NCBI GenBank assembly: GCA_012521375.1
Contig: JAAYMO010000109.1
Span: forward strand, 1,291-65,290
Direction of reading: 5' to 3'
Length of the DNA: 64,000 nt
Source: Clostridiales bacterium
Lineage (GTDB): Bacteria; Bacillota; Clostridia; Lutisporales; Lutisporaceae
The notes below the pieces were generated by a model. That model saw only the letters and a program-made list of their open reading frames with translations, was not told the origin of the DNA and searched no databases. Position numbers and translations under genes: made by a program. This document shows, in pieces, positions 1-9,371 of the stretch (within the stretch, counting starts at the first letter, position 1; each line of letters starts with the position of its first letter).

Positions 1-448
1 TATCTTACCCTTATGCATTACGATGATTTTATCTGCGTTTTGTATGGTGGATAGTCTATGAGCTATTATTATATTTGTTCTGTCTTTTATAAGCTTCTTT
101 ATGGCGTCTTGTATCAACAGTTCTGTTTCTGTGTCTATATTTGAGGTAGCCTCATCAAGAACCAGCACTGAAGGATTGAAGGCAAGAGCCCTAGGATGCT
201 CCAATAATCAACATTCTCCATATAAATCTGAAAACTGCTATAAAAACTGCTATAATTATTATTAAAAAAGCATATAAATATATCTGATGCATAGTTAAAG
301 CTTGAACAAGTAAAGCATCAGTAAGGAGCCCCAATAGTTTCGGTGTGATAAGTTGAAGGCCATCAACAAATAGTAGAACAAATATACCTAGCATATATCT
401 CCACTTATACTTTATGAAAAAATCTTTAATATGCCGAAATTTGTCCAT
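1..448 (-). pseudogene. Deletion-fused multidrug ABC transporter remnant: N-terminal TMD start (448-191) joined out of frame to a C-terminal NBD fragment (about 194-1, runs off the window)
   Basis: ORF 448-191 is the first 85 aa of an ABC exporter TMD (YMLGIFVLLFVDGLQLITPKLLG) and stops at TAG 193-191. A shifted frame overlapping that stop reads [64 protein letters not shown] (Walker B, D-loop, H-switch). Confidence 0.85.
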
Positions 449-593
449 ATTACCCCTCCAAGAATAAGCTCACAATATTAGACTAATATATAACTGGTTT
501 TATTTACAGTGAGTTTAATTATGGTAAAATTGTATTAAAAGAAATTTAACCAGAAATTAAAGAACTATACAAAGGAAAAGGAGTAAGATATTC

Positions 594-1082
594 ATGGAAG
601 CACAAAAAAAAGTATATGACAAGCTAAATTCAATGGGTATTAAATACGATATAATAGAGCATCCTGCAGTATATACCATAGAAGATATGGAAAACTTAGG
701 CATAACTGATAAAGCAGAAGTTTGCAAGAATCTTTTTGTAAGAGATGCTAAAGGGAAAAAGCACTATCTCATAGTATTGCAAAAGGACAAAAGGGCAAAT
801 CTTGCAAATATAGCAGAACAAATAGGAAGCACTAAACTGAGTTTTGCATCTGAAAAAAGGCTCTCTAAATACTTGGGGTTGGACAAGGGTGCGGTTACCC
901 CTCTTGGTGTAATAAATGATGTTAACAAAGAGGTTGAAGTGGTATTCGACAAAGATTTAATAGATAAAGAAAATCTGGGAGTTCATCCAAATGACAATAG
1001 GGCGACGGTGGTTATGTCTTATAATGATTTGGAAAGACTGATTAAAGAAAACGGTAATAAAATAACTTTTGTGAATATATAA
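594..1082 (+). CDS. YbaK/ProX-family prolyl-tRNA editing (trans-deacylase) protein
   Basis: EHPAVYTIED, CKNLFVRDAKGKK, GAVTPLG and GVHPNDNRAT motifs; RBS GGAG upstream. Confidence 0.85.
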   Translation: MEAQKKVYDKLNSMGIKYDIIEHPAVYTIEDMENLGITDKAEVCKNLFVRDAKGKKHYLIVLQKDKRANLANIAEQIGSTKLSFASEKRLSKYLGLDKGAVTPLGVINDVNKEVEVVFDKDLIDKENLGVHPNDNRATVVMSYNDLERLIKENGNKITFVNI

Positions 1083-1127
1083 TTAAGAAAATACTATATA
1101 GCAGATTTGTATGAATTACCAGATATA

Positions 1128-1156
1128 TTGACAATACAGATGATTTATGGAATAAT
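1128..1156 (+). promoter_or_regulatory. sigma-A-type promoter for the leader RNA-GNAT-azlCD operon
   Basis: TTGACA (1128-1133), 17 nt spacer, TGn-AATAAT (1148-1156); predicted start about 1162-1163, at the 5' end of the structured leader. Confidence 0.6.
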
Positions 1157-1161
1157 ACATC

Positions 1162-1276
1162 AAAAGTGAGTATGCTTAAGCATTAATTGCGAGCAGCATA
1201 GGGACTGAGGAAGTCCTACACGAACGGATATAACCCTTCGGAGTCACTTTCAAAGAGGCTCTGTGGGGTTTTTATT
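1162..1276 (+). ncRNA. Putative riboswitch resembling ykkC-family aptamers, with an overlapping intrinsic terminator
   Basis: AAAGTGA(1163-69)/TCACTTT(1244-50) closing helix, TATGCT/AGCATA helix, GGACT/AGTCC hairpin, 3' segment TACACGAACGGATATAACCCTTCGGAG; alternative terminator AACCCTTCGGAGTC/GGCTCTGTGGGGTT followed by TTTATT. Confidence 0.55.
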
Positions 1277-1290
1277 ATAAGGGGGTGTAG

Positions 1291-2115
1291 ATGATGATAA
1301 GATTGCTCACACAATCGGACAAGGAAAAGATTATGGATTACATAGGAAGAAATGAGCTTGAAACATCATTTCTCTATGCCAATGTAATTGAGTTTGGCAT
1401 TGATAATAACCCGGATATGAGAAGATGTGGAGATTATTATGGATTCTTTGAGGGAGAAGAATTAAGAGGGATACTGCCTTTCTATAATCTGGGAAGCTGT
1501 ATACCTCATTATGAAAGGATTGAAGCAGTGCCTTTCTTTGCAGAGATTATGAGAAAAAGAGATTTCAAATTCCTGCTAGGCATGAGGAAACTTGTAAAAC
1601 CTTTGTATGAGGAAATTAAAAATTATAAAAAGATTGGGGAATACAGTGAAAGTTCTTATTTTATAAATAGAAACTTTAAACCTTTTAAGCTGGAAGGAGT
1701 AAGCTTCATCGATGCTGTTGGAGCTACAGAAGATAAAATAGTTGATTTTGTTTTGGAAGGAAGGATAAAAGGATTTAATCAAGCTACTAGCAGAGAGGAT
1801 ATCAAAAAATCATTATCTCAAAAGGGTAAGGAGGAAGATTTTATCATTGCCCAAAAAGATGGAAAATTGGTAGCTCAAGCAGGGATTCAGACATATACAC
1901 CGAAAATCAATCAGATAGGCAGCGTATACACTCCGGAAGAGGAAAGGGGTAAAGGGTATGCTAAAGCAATTGTTTCAGAGATATGTAAAAGGATAATCGA
2001 AAGAGGCAAGATGCCCACACTTATGGTAAATAAGGATAATACTCCTGCTGTAAGGGCATATAATGCACTAGGGTTTGAACACTATGATGATTACCTTATT
2101 GTAAAGCTGGATTAA
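1291..2115 (+). CDS. GNAT-family N-acetyltransferase (C-terminal GNAT domain)
   Basis: Acetyl-CoA motif VYTPEEERGKGYA and NTPAVRAYNALGF. Confidence 0.85.
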   Translation: MMIRLLTQSDKEKIMDYIGRNELETSFLYANVIEFGIDNNPDMRRCGDYYGFFEGEELRGILPFYNLGSCIPHYERIEAVPFFAEIMRKRDFKFLLGMRKLVKPLYEEIKNYKKIGEYSESSYFINRNFKPFKLEGVSFIDAVGATEDKIVDFVLEGRIKGFNQATSREDIKKSLSQKGKEEDFIIAQKDGKLVAQAGIQTYTPKINQIGSVYTPEEERGKGYAKAIVSEICKRIIERGKMPTLMVNKDNTPAVRAYNALGFEHYDDYLIVKLD

Positions 2116-2157
2116 TTACAGATATAATATAGAAAATAGAAATGTGAGGGATATAAG

Positions 2158-2865
2158 TTGAACAAAGGGTTAGAGTTTAAAAATGGATTAAAGGCTGCGA
2201 TACCAATAGGCTTAGGATATATACCAATCGCTATTGCCTTCGGCATACTGTCGAAGGCTTCTGATATTCCTAATACTATAAGTATTATGCTTTCTATGGT
2301 GGTTTTTGCAGGAGCAAGCCAGTTTGTGGGGGTTAACATGTTGTCTCTGGGAGCGGCAACTGTAGAAATCGTTATGGCAACATTCATTTTGAATTTCAGA
2401 CATTTTCTTATGTCAGCTTCACTATCCCAGCGAATTGATGAAAGGACTTCAAAGAGGTTTATGTCTTTATTGGCTTTTGGAATAACTGATGAGACATTTT
2501 CATTAGCTTCTATGTGGGAAGAAAAGAAGTTAAGTCCATATTTTCTGTTGGGTATAAATACTATTGCTTTCTGTTCCTGGAATACAGGTACATGGGCAGG
2601 CCTTTTACTTGGGACAGCATTGCCTGATACTTTGCAAAACAGCATGGGGATAGCCATATATTGTATGTTTATCGGACTTCTGCTGCCTTCCATGAAAAAA
2701 TCCATACCTGTCCTGGTGGTTGCAGCCATGTCTATGGTTATACATTCAATGTTTAAATGGATACCTGTACTTGCAGGGTTATCTTCAGGATTTACTATTA
2801 TTATAGCAACTATTGCAGCAGCAACTTTAGGCACTATATTGTTTCCAGAGGGGGTCGAGAATTAG
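2158..2865 (+). CDS. azlC: AzlC-family branched-chain amino acid permease/exporter
   Basis: GYIPIAIAFG, VFAGASQF, NFRHFLMSASL and FGITDETF motifs; TTG start. Confidence 0.9.
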   Translation: MNKGLEFKNGLKAAIPIGLGYIPIAIAFGILSKASDIPNTISIMLSMVVFAGASQFVGVNMLSLGAATVEIVMATFILNFRHFLMSASLSQRIDERTSKRFMSLLAFGITDETFSLASMWEEKKLSPYFLLGINTIAFCSWNTGTWAGLLLGTALPDTLQNSMGIAIYCMFIGLLLPSMKKSIPVLVVAAMSMVIHSMFKWIPVLAGLSSGFTIIIATIAAATLGTILFPEGVEN

Positions 2866-3167
2866 TGACAAATCTATATATACTGGTAATTTTTATGGCT
2901 TTGGTGACATATATACCTCGCCTACTCCCCATGGTATTTTTGAAGGACATGAAACTACCACCACAATTGAAGGTATTTCTTCAGTTCGTACCCTTTGCTA
3001 CCTTAGGAGCACTCATATTTCCTGGGATTCTAACATCTACAGGGGACATATATTCAGCCCTTGCTGGAGGAATTTTGGCTGTTATTTTGTCTCTTGTTAA
3101 AGCCAATGTCATGATAGTGGTACTGGGAGGAATTTTAGGAGCTTATATATTGATAATGCTAATGTAA
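2865..3167 (+). CDS. azlD: AzlD-family membrane protein
   Basis: MALVTYIPRLLP...FLQFVPFATLGALIFPGI; GTG start overlaps the azlC TAG (start re-assigned from ORF 2757). Confidence 0.85.
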   Translation: MTNLYILVIFMALVTYIPRLLPMVFLKDMKLPPQLKVFLQFVPFATLGALIFPGILTSTGDIYSALAGGILAVILSLVKANVMIVVLGGILGAYILIMLM

Positions 3168-3185
3168 CAGAATTGTGTAAATATT

Positions 3186-3203
3186 TGGTGAAATATTTCA
3201 CTT
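3186..3203. promoter_or_regulatory. Palindromic operator resembling a Rex box
   Basis: Perfect 14-bp palindrome GTGAAATATTTCAC (3188-3201) matching the core of the Rex consensus TTGTGAA-N4-TTCACAA; outer bases differ. Confidence 0.4.
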
Positions 3204-3277
3204 AATGACATATAATATTTTTAATAACATTAGTTGGATAAACAGGCAAACATCTGATATTTTAGGAGGTCACCGGC

Positions 3278-3579
3278 ATGTTTCTTAAGAAGAATAGGAG
3301 AGCAGGTGGGGTTAATGTTTCATCAAAAATTTTTATGAATATGGAAGACGAAGAAGTAATAGAATCAGAAATTGATATAGGTCTGCTTAAACATAACCAA
3401 AACTGTATAATAGGTAAATAAGGAATAGTATCGAAGAAACAAGTTTTGCCGTAGAGAATTTGATAGGCATTACTGATAGAATTGCTGCAAAAGTTGAAGA
3501 GCAGATGGATGAAATAAGAGATTCGGTAGAAGAAGCCAAGGAAGTGGTAAATATTTTGGATGAGGAAATGCCAAGTTAA
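3278..3579 (+). pseudogene. Frameshifted, truncated coiled-coil protein remnant, probably the N-terminus of a soluble methyl-accepting chemotaxis protein
   Basis: RBS AGGAGGT plus ATG 3278 gives MFLKK...LKHNQNCIIGK* (stop 3419-3421). One extra A in the AAATA run restores KIRNSIEETSFAVENLIGITDRIAAKVEEQMDEIRDSVEEAKEVVNILDEEMPS*. Confidence 0.55.
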
Positions 3580-3596
3580 GGCATTTCCTTATCCAT

Positions 3597-4343
3597 TTAT
3601 ACTTTCTCATATATATCCTTGAGCTTCTCGGCAATAATAGCCTTTTTGCAGCTTTCACACAGCAACTTTACATGAGCCTCTCCTAACTTTTCGCGGTTAT
3701 ATTCAAGCTGTTCCTTTGTAGCAAAGGGTTTTCCGCATCTTGTACATCTCAACAGTTGAAATTCTTTATTCCATATGTTCCTTATACCGTCTTTTTCTTC
3801 AATCTTTATAGCATCAGTTGGACATACATAGGCGCAGGAGCCACAGCCTATGCACTGGGCAGAAGGTTCGTCATAAGGAGTGGTAACCTTTTTGGTAATG
3901 CCTCTATTGACCGTAGATATTGCGCTGGCACCCAACTCTTGGCAAGCTTTTACGCATAATCCGCAGAGTATGCAGTGTTCATCCTTATCACCGGAAAATT
4001 TTATTCTATCTGGCACCAGATACTCTTTACAGAGTTTCTTTATGGTCTCATCATTTGGAACCCTTCCGCGAAGAAGCATAAGGAGGTTTCTTCTTATATT
4101 TTTTATCTTGTCAGAACAGGTGTAAACCTCAATTTCGTTTCTTACAGGGTATATACACGATGCTACAACACTTCTCCGACCTTTGTCCACGATCTCTACA
4201 ACACATAATCTGCAGCTGCCAAGGCCAGGCAGGGCATCATTATGGCATAAAGTGGGTATATGAATGTCATTTCTTCTTGCTATCTGAAGCAGCGTTTCAT
4301 CTTTTTGAGCTTCGCACTCTATATTATCTATGATAATCTTCAT
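3597..4343 (-). CDS. Fe-S subunit of a HydABC/NuoEFG-type (BfuA-like) module: 2Fe-2S + 2x4Fe-4S, no catalytic domain
   Basis: IPTLCHN...GSCRLCVV...VASC, CILCGLCVKAC, CIGCGSCAYVCP, CTRC; only 248 aa and no H-cluster motifs. Confidence 0.85.
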   Translation of the reverse strand: MKIIIDNIECEAQKDETLLQIARRNDIHIPTLCHNDALPGLGSCRLCVVEIVDKGRRSVVASCIYPVRNEIEVYTCSDKIKNIRRNLLMLLRGRVPNDETIKKLCKEYLVPDRIKFSGDKDEHCILCGLCVKACQELGASAISTVNRGITKKVTTPYDEPSAQCIGCGSCAYVCPTDAIKIEEKDGIRNIWNKEFQLLRCTRCGKPFATKEQLEYNREKLGEAHVKLLCESCKKAIIAEKLKDIYEKV

Positions 4344-6148
4344 TTCCCCACCTCCTTTTTGACTTTTACAGCGTTGAATCTACAGCTATCTATACAGTTA
4401 CCGCATTTTATACATAATTGAGTATTGATACTATAGGCTTCTCCCCTTTTACCCAGAATAGCTGAGGCAGGGCAGTTCTTTGCACAAAGCCCACAGCTTT
4501 TGCACAGTTTTTTGTCTATTTCGTAAGCAGTAAGTTCCGGACATACTCCTGCAGGACATCTTTTTTCTATAATATGTGCATAATATTCATTTCTGAAATG
4601 TTTTAATGTAGTCAGCACAGGGTTTGGCGCTGTTTTTCCCAATCCACAGAGGGAGGCTTCTTCAACGGTATGACATAAGCTTTCCAAAAGCTCCAAATCT
4701 TCTTCAATACCTTTACCGTCGCATATATCCGTAAGTATTTCCAGCATTCTCTTTATGCCTTCCCTACAAGCTACGCACTTGCCACAGGACTCTTCTGAAA
4801 GGAAACTGAGATAATATCTTGCCACATCTATCATACAGGTTCTTTCATCCATGACAATTATACCGCCGGAACCCATCATGGAACCTGCTTCTTTAAGGGA
4901 GTCAAAATCCACGGGAAGGTCTAAAAGATCTTCAGCTATACATCCTCCAGATGGACCGCCGGTTTGAACTGCCTTAAATTTTTTGTCTCCTATTATTCCT
5001 CCACCAATTTTGTATACCAGCTCCCTCAATGTTGTACCCATGGGAATCTCTACTAAGCCAGTGTTTTTGACTTTGCCTACCAGCGAAAACACTTTAGTGC
5101 CTTTGCTGTTTTCTGTACCTATGGAACAGAACCAATCAGAACCTTTCATTATTATTTCAGGTATATTTGCCCAAGTTTCCACATTGTTCAGAACCGTTGG
5201 CTGTCCCCATAAGCCCTTTTCCACGGAGCGAATATATTTGGCCCTTGGTTCCCCCACATTTCCTTCGATGGATTGCATAAGAGCTGTAGACTCACCGCAG
5301 ACAAAGGCTCCGCCACCTCTAACGATTTCTATATCAAAATCAAAACCGCTGTTCAATATGTTTTTTCCTAATAAGCCTCTTTCTCTAGCTTGATTCAAAG
5401 CGTTGTTCATATTATTTAATGCCAGTGAATACTCATCCCTAATGTATATGAAACCTCTGTTTGAATTTATAGAATAAGCACATATGGTCATACCTTCTAT
5501 AACCGTGTTAGGGTCACCTTCCATTATACTTCTGTCCATGAAGGCACCGGGATCCCCCTCGTCACCATTGCATATAACATACTTAGGAAAATTTTGAAAT
5601 TTGCTACACTGCCTCCACTTGACCCCTGTGGGAAAGCCTCCGCCGCCTCTGCCTCTTAATCCAGATCTTTCAATTTCAGATATTACATCTTGAGGTGTCA
5701 TTTGAAACAGCGCTTTACGAAGGGCTTTGTATCCTCCTCGTTCCATATATTCGTCAATGTTTGCCGGGTCGATTTCACCTATATTTCTCAATGCAATTTT
5801 CATCTGACATTTATAGAAATCGGTATCTTTATGAGAAATAACTCTCCTTTTTAATGCAGTATCATAGATGAGCAGTCTGTCGATTATTTCACCATTCATC
5901 AATGTTCTTTTCACTATTTCTTCAGCATCATCAGGTTTTACTTTGCTGTAGCATATATTGTCAGGTTGTATTTTGACTAATGGGCCCTTTTCACATAATC
6001 CATTGCAGCCTGTAGCCTTAACAATAGTTTTTACTTCAACATCTGCTTCGTATTTTTGGGCTAATTTCTTCAACTGTTTATATACATCCATGCTGTTATT
6101 AGCAAGACAACCAGTGCCGCAGCAGACATATACCGTCCTACTCATCAT
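4340..6148 (-). CDS. NADH/FMN-binding NuoF/HydB-type (BfuB-like) subunit
   Basis: GLRGRGGGGFPTG, CNGDEGDPGAFMDR, GGGAFVCGEST, ESCGKCVACREG; N-terminal thioredoxin-like 2Fe-2S and C-terminal 2x4Fe-4S domains. Start 6148 or 6145 from the RBS (ORF track gives 6154). Confidence 0.9.
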   Translation of the reverse strand: MMSRTVYVCCGTGCLANNSMDVYKQLKKLAQKYEADVEVKTIVKATGCNGLCEKGPLVKIQPDNICYSKVKPDDAEEIVKRTLMNGEIIDRLLIYDTALKRRVISHKDTDFYKCQMKIALRNIGEIDPANIDEYMERGGYKALRKALFQMTPQDVISEIERSGLRGRGGGGFPTGVKWRQCSKFQNFPKYVICNGDEGDPGAFMDRSIMEGDPNTVIEGMTICAYSINSNRGFIYIRDEYSLALNNMNNALNQARERGLLGKNILNSGFDFDIEIVRGGGAFVCGESTALMQSIEGNVGEPRAKYIRSVEKGLWGQPTVLNNVETWANIPEIIMKGSDWFCSIGTENSKGTKVFSLVGKVKNTGLVEIPMGTTLRELVYKIGGGIIGDKKFKAVQTGGPSGGCIAEDLLDLPVDFDSLKEAGSMMGSGGIIVMDERTCMIDVARYYLSFLSEESCGKCVACREGIKRMLEILTDICDGKGIEEDLELLESLCHTVEEASLCGLGKTAPNPVLTTLKHFRNEYYAHIIEKRCPAGVCPELTAYEIDKKLCKSCGLCAKNCPASAILGKRGEAYSINTQLCIKCGNCIDSCRFNAVKVKKEVGK

Positions 6149-6590
6149 CAGCACCTCCGTATTCTTTTAATATCTCTCTTACCATGGAAGATGTTAACTT
6201 TCCATAGTACTTGTTATTTATAACCATTACAGGTGCTATAGCGCAGGATCCAAGACAATTGACGGTTTCTAATGAGAATTTGCCATCATCTGTTGTTTCG
6301 CCAGGTTTTATGCCCAAAGTATTTTCTATTTCATCAAGAATAGTTTTTGAGGATCTAATATGGCATGCGGTGCCATCACAAACTTTTATAATATATTTAC
6401 CCTTCGGCTTAAGGCTTAAAGCCTTGTAAAATGTAGCCATACTATATAATCTTGAAAGAGGTATACCCATATATTGAGAAAGCTCAATAAGCTTGTCTTT
6501 GGGGATATAACCATATTGTTTCTGTAGATCTTGTAATATGGATAATGTATACCTTTTTTCTTTTGGATATTTTTCAAACAAAGTCCTCAC
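6138..6590 (-). CDS. NuoE/HydC-type 2Fe-2S (BfuC-like) subunit
   Basis: KVCDGTACH...VNCLGSC; ATFY motif. Start may be TTG at 6581. Confidence 0.9.
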   Translation of the reverse strand: MRTLFEKYPKEKRYTLSILQDLQKQYGYIPKDKLIELSQYMGIPLSRLYSMATFYKALSLKPKGKYIIKVCDGTACHIRSSKTILDEIENTLGIKPGETTDDGKFSLETVNCLGSCAIAPVMVINNKYYGKLTSSMVREILKEYGGADDE

Positions 6591-6615
6591 CCCAAACTTA
6601 TAGTATATATTTACA

Positions 6616-6885
6616 TCAACCTCCGGCTACTACAGGGAAAATGCTTATTTCATCTTCAGGATTGAGTAATGTTTCTAGACCTTGCAGATGTACTATATTT
6701 CTACCATTGACAAGTATGATTATTTCATCACTGAGACTGTTATTTTCAAATATCTTGTTTCTAAATTTAGCACCATATTTTTCGCACAGTTTAAGCAAAA
6801 GTTCCTTTAAAGTGTAGCAATGGTCGATTTCAATTTCTTTTGTTCCTGTATAATTCCTTATGTATGCAAAATACTTGACTTTCAT
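6616..6885 (-). CDS. moaD: MoaD/ThiS-family sulfur carrier
   Basis: MKVKYFA...ILVNGRNI...FPVVAGG with C-terminal GG; RBS AAGGTGG before ATG 6885. Confidence 0.85.
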   Translation of the reverse strand: MKVKYFAYIRNYTGTKEIEIDHCYTLKELLLKLCEKYGAKFRNKIFENNSLSDEIIILVNGRNIVHLQGLETLLNPEDEISIFPVVAGG

Positions 6886-6960
6886 GATAGATTCCACCTT
6901 TTGCCTCATATTAAAATGTTTAATTAAAAAAATTCTACTTGTGAATCCTTATAGTTTAAA

Positions 6961-7012
6961 TCGGGGACACTTCCCAGCAAGTTATGGAGTACTTGCAGAG
7001 CTGTGTCCCCGA
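6961..7012. repeat. Long intergenic inverted repeat between aor and moaD
   Basis: TCGGGGACAC(6961-70)/GTGTCCCCGA(7003-12) with inner GCAAGT/ACTTGC. Confidence 0.7.
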
Positions 7013-7026
7013 ACATTAAAATTCAT

Positions 7027-8832
7027 TTATTCTATTGCCAATATCTTTAGTTTTTCATCTGTCGGGACACCCTCTTCATCCCAGCCTCTTATTTGATAAT
7101 ATTCTTTAAGCATTGTATCAAGTTGAGTTACTAAGCCTTTTGCAGGGCCAGATGGCATAGGTTCTTTAAGCAATCTATCAGGGAGTTTATCATCTGCTTT
7201 TGTAAAGCCTGCTTCAAGATTGAAGAGTTTCTCCAGATTCCAAATCCTTTCTCCTGCTTGTAAGATTTCTTCATCAGTGAGATCAATGCCTGTAGCAGTT
7301 CTCAACATTTCTGAAATTTCCGGCAGGCCTATTCCGAAGGTTGTGAATAGACATATACCAGCAGAGTCTACAACTGCTGTGAGATCTTGGAATGTTTTGA
7401 GCCAAGAGGCTTTTTCATCAGTTACAAAAGGATCAAGTTTTTCTGGAATTCCGAGTATCTCTGGGGAAGTTAAATATCCTCTTACGTGACATGCACCTCT
7501 ATTAGATGTGGCATATTCTAGACCCATGCCTTGCAGGCATCTTCCATCGTAGGCAGGCATCTCCTGTTTTTTAACGGTCATGGAAAGTTCTGGATGGCCA
7601 TAATGCTCTGCCATTCTATAGGAGCCCATAGCCATTATATCTCCAAATCCTTCCCTTAAGCCTGTCATCCTTGTAAATTCAACTATACCTTCGTCATCTC
7701 CAAAAGGAAGGTCTCTTCCTAATTCTTTGCTAGTCAATATACCTTTTTCATACATTTCCATAGCACATGCTATAGTTGCTCCCATGGTTATGGGATCAAT
7801 ACCAAGTTCGTTGCATATAAAATTAGCTTTGCTTATGGCTTCTAAATTTCTTACTCCGCAATCTGCACCAAAGGCCCAGCCGGCTTCATACTCAGGCCCT
7901 TCACCAAAGCTTTTGAATTTGCCTTCAGCTATTCTTGTGACTCTTCCACATCCAATATTGCATCCAAAGCAGCCTTTGTTTCTTACCAGATATTTTTCTG
8001 TTAAGGTTTCACCGGAGGTTTCATCAGCATATTCAAATACACCGCCATCTCTCCAGTTTCTTGTTGGAAGTCCACCACTTTGATTTAAGATGTTTACAAG
8101 TATCTGAGTACCATAAGTAGGCAAGCCTTCTCCAGTAACCGGATGGTTTTTCAGCATATCTCTGCTTTTTTTGCATATCTCCAAGAACTCTTTTGGTTTA
8201 GCAACTTCCACGGATTTTGAGCCTTTTACCACAATAGCTTTAAGATTTTTTGAACCCATTACGGCACCAAGCCCAGATCTTCCTGCTGCTCTGTGTCTAT
8301 CATTCATGACTGTCGCAAACAATACCAGTTTTTCACCACCGGGTCCTATGCAGGCAACCTTAGCATCTTCTCCTGCTTCTTCAATAAGCATATCTGTGGT
8401 TTCGAATACATTTTTTCCCCAAAGATGTGCTGCATCTCTTAATTCAACTTCATCATCGTTGATATATAGGTAAACCGGCTTTTCTGATTTTCCTTCAAAT
8501 ATTATTCCATCATATCCCGCATACTTAAGCTCAGGTCCAAAATGGCCGCCGGAGTTGGAGGCACCTATGGTTCCAGTCAATGGTGCTTTTGCTATTACTT
8601 CATATCTTCCGCTGGAAGTGGCTAAAGTACCAGTAAGTGGCCCTGTCATAAATATGAGTTTATTATCAGGACTGAAAGGCTCAACCTTTGGATCAACTTC
8701 CTTCATGAAATATCTTGTACCCAAACCTCTGGCACCTATATAATTTTTTGCATCTTCCAGATTGAGAGGTTCTTTCTTTATGGTATTATCTGTAAGATTG
8801 ACTCTGAGAAGTGTTCCTGTATAACCCAACAT
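7027..8832 (-). CDS. aor: Tungsten-dependent aldehyde:ferredoxin oxidoreductase (AOR/WOR family) catalytic subunit
   Basis: [77 protein letters not shown]; 601 aa. Confidence 0.95.
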   Translation of the reverse strand: MLGYTGTLLRVNLTDNTIKKEPLNLEDAKNYIGARGLGTRYFMKEVDPKVEPFSPDNKLIFMTGPLTGTLATSSGRYEVIAKAPLTGTIGASNSGGHFGPELKYAGYDGIIFEGKSEKPVYLYINDDEVELRDAAHLWGKNVFETTDMLIEEAGEDAKVACIGPGGEKLVLFATVMNDRHRAAGRSGLGAVMGSKNLKAIVVKGSKSVEVAKPKEFLEICKKSRDMLKNHPVTGEGLPTYGTQILVNILNQSGGLPTRNWRDGGVFEYADETSGETLTEKYLVRNKGCFGCNIGCGRVTRIAEGKFKSFGEGPEYEAGWAFGADCGVRNLEAISKANFICNELGIDPITMGATIACAMEMYEKGILTSKELGRDLPFGDDEGIVEFTRMTGLREGFGDIMAMGSYRMAEHYGHPELSMTVKKQEMPAYDGRCLQGMGLEYATSNRGACHVRGYLTSPEILGIPEKLDPFVTDEKASWLKTFQDLTAVVDSAGICLFTTFGIGLPEISEMLRTATGIDLTDEEILQAGERIWNLEKLFNLEAGFTKADDKLPDRLLKEPMPSGPAKGLVTQLDTMLKEYYQIRGWDEEGVPTDEKLKILAIE

Positions 8833-9311
8833 TATTCATACACCTCCCCAAACAAATCTTTGAATTTTTCACCTATTTTCATTTTTTTGTTTAGATTTGC
8901 AGGAGTAGCTTCTTTATACTGTATTGCTCCTGAAGGACAAAGTTCTGCACATTGTGGATTTCCTCCACACAGGTCACACTTGATTAATTTCTTTTCTTTG
9001 GAACTGAATGTGATGTTACCAAGGGGACATGCGCTTATGCACATCTTACAACCGATGCATCTCTGATCTTCGATTATGACTGCATTATTTTCATCTCTTG
9101 CGATTGCTCCCACCGGACACACTTTCATACAGGAAGGATCTTCACATTGCATGCACATTATGGGTACTGATATGGCAGCCTCATCATAGGCTAGTACAGT
9201 TACAGCAGCTTGTTTTGGATTAAATTCTTCCATTCTATTGAAGGAGCAAATCAATTCACAGGTTCTGCAGCCGATACACTTTTCTGGTGCAATCATTAAC
9301 ACCTTGCTCAT
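8832..9311 (-). CDS. 4x[4Fe-4S] electron-transfer small subunit of AOR
   Basis: [42 protein letters not shown]...CAELCP; TAATG overlap with aor. ORF-track start 9455 lies in the riboswitch, so the ATG at 9311 was chosen. Confidence 0.9.
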   Translation of the reverse strand: MSKVLMIAPEKCIGCRTCELICSFNRMEEFNPKQAAVTVLAYDEAAISVPIMCMQCEDPSCMKVCPVGAIARDENNAVIIEDQRCIGCKMCISACPLGNITFSSKEKKLIKCDLCGGNPQCAELCPSGAIQYKEATPANLNKKMKIGEKFKDLFGEVYE

Positions 9312-9371
9312 TATTTGCTGGACGCCTGATGACGCCAGCCTCACCTCCTTCTTTATATATTTATTATTTAA

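Noticed and set aside
1162-1276. SAM-I, lysine, T-box or TPP riboswitch as the identity of the GNAT leader
   Set aside because: Their core conserved sequences (AUC..AGA/GAU, T-box GGUGGUACCGCG, CUGAGA) are absent.
3230-3262. c-di-GMP-I riboswitch (GGCAAAC) before the MCP remnant
   Set aside because: No GNRA stem or GCAAAG second half follows.
3597-4343. [FeFe]-hydrogenase or formate dehydrogenase alpha subunit
   Set aside because: Only the Fe-S relay domains are present; no H-cluster motifs or molybdopterin-binding domain.
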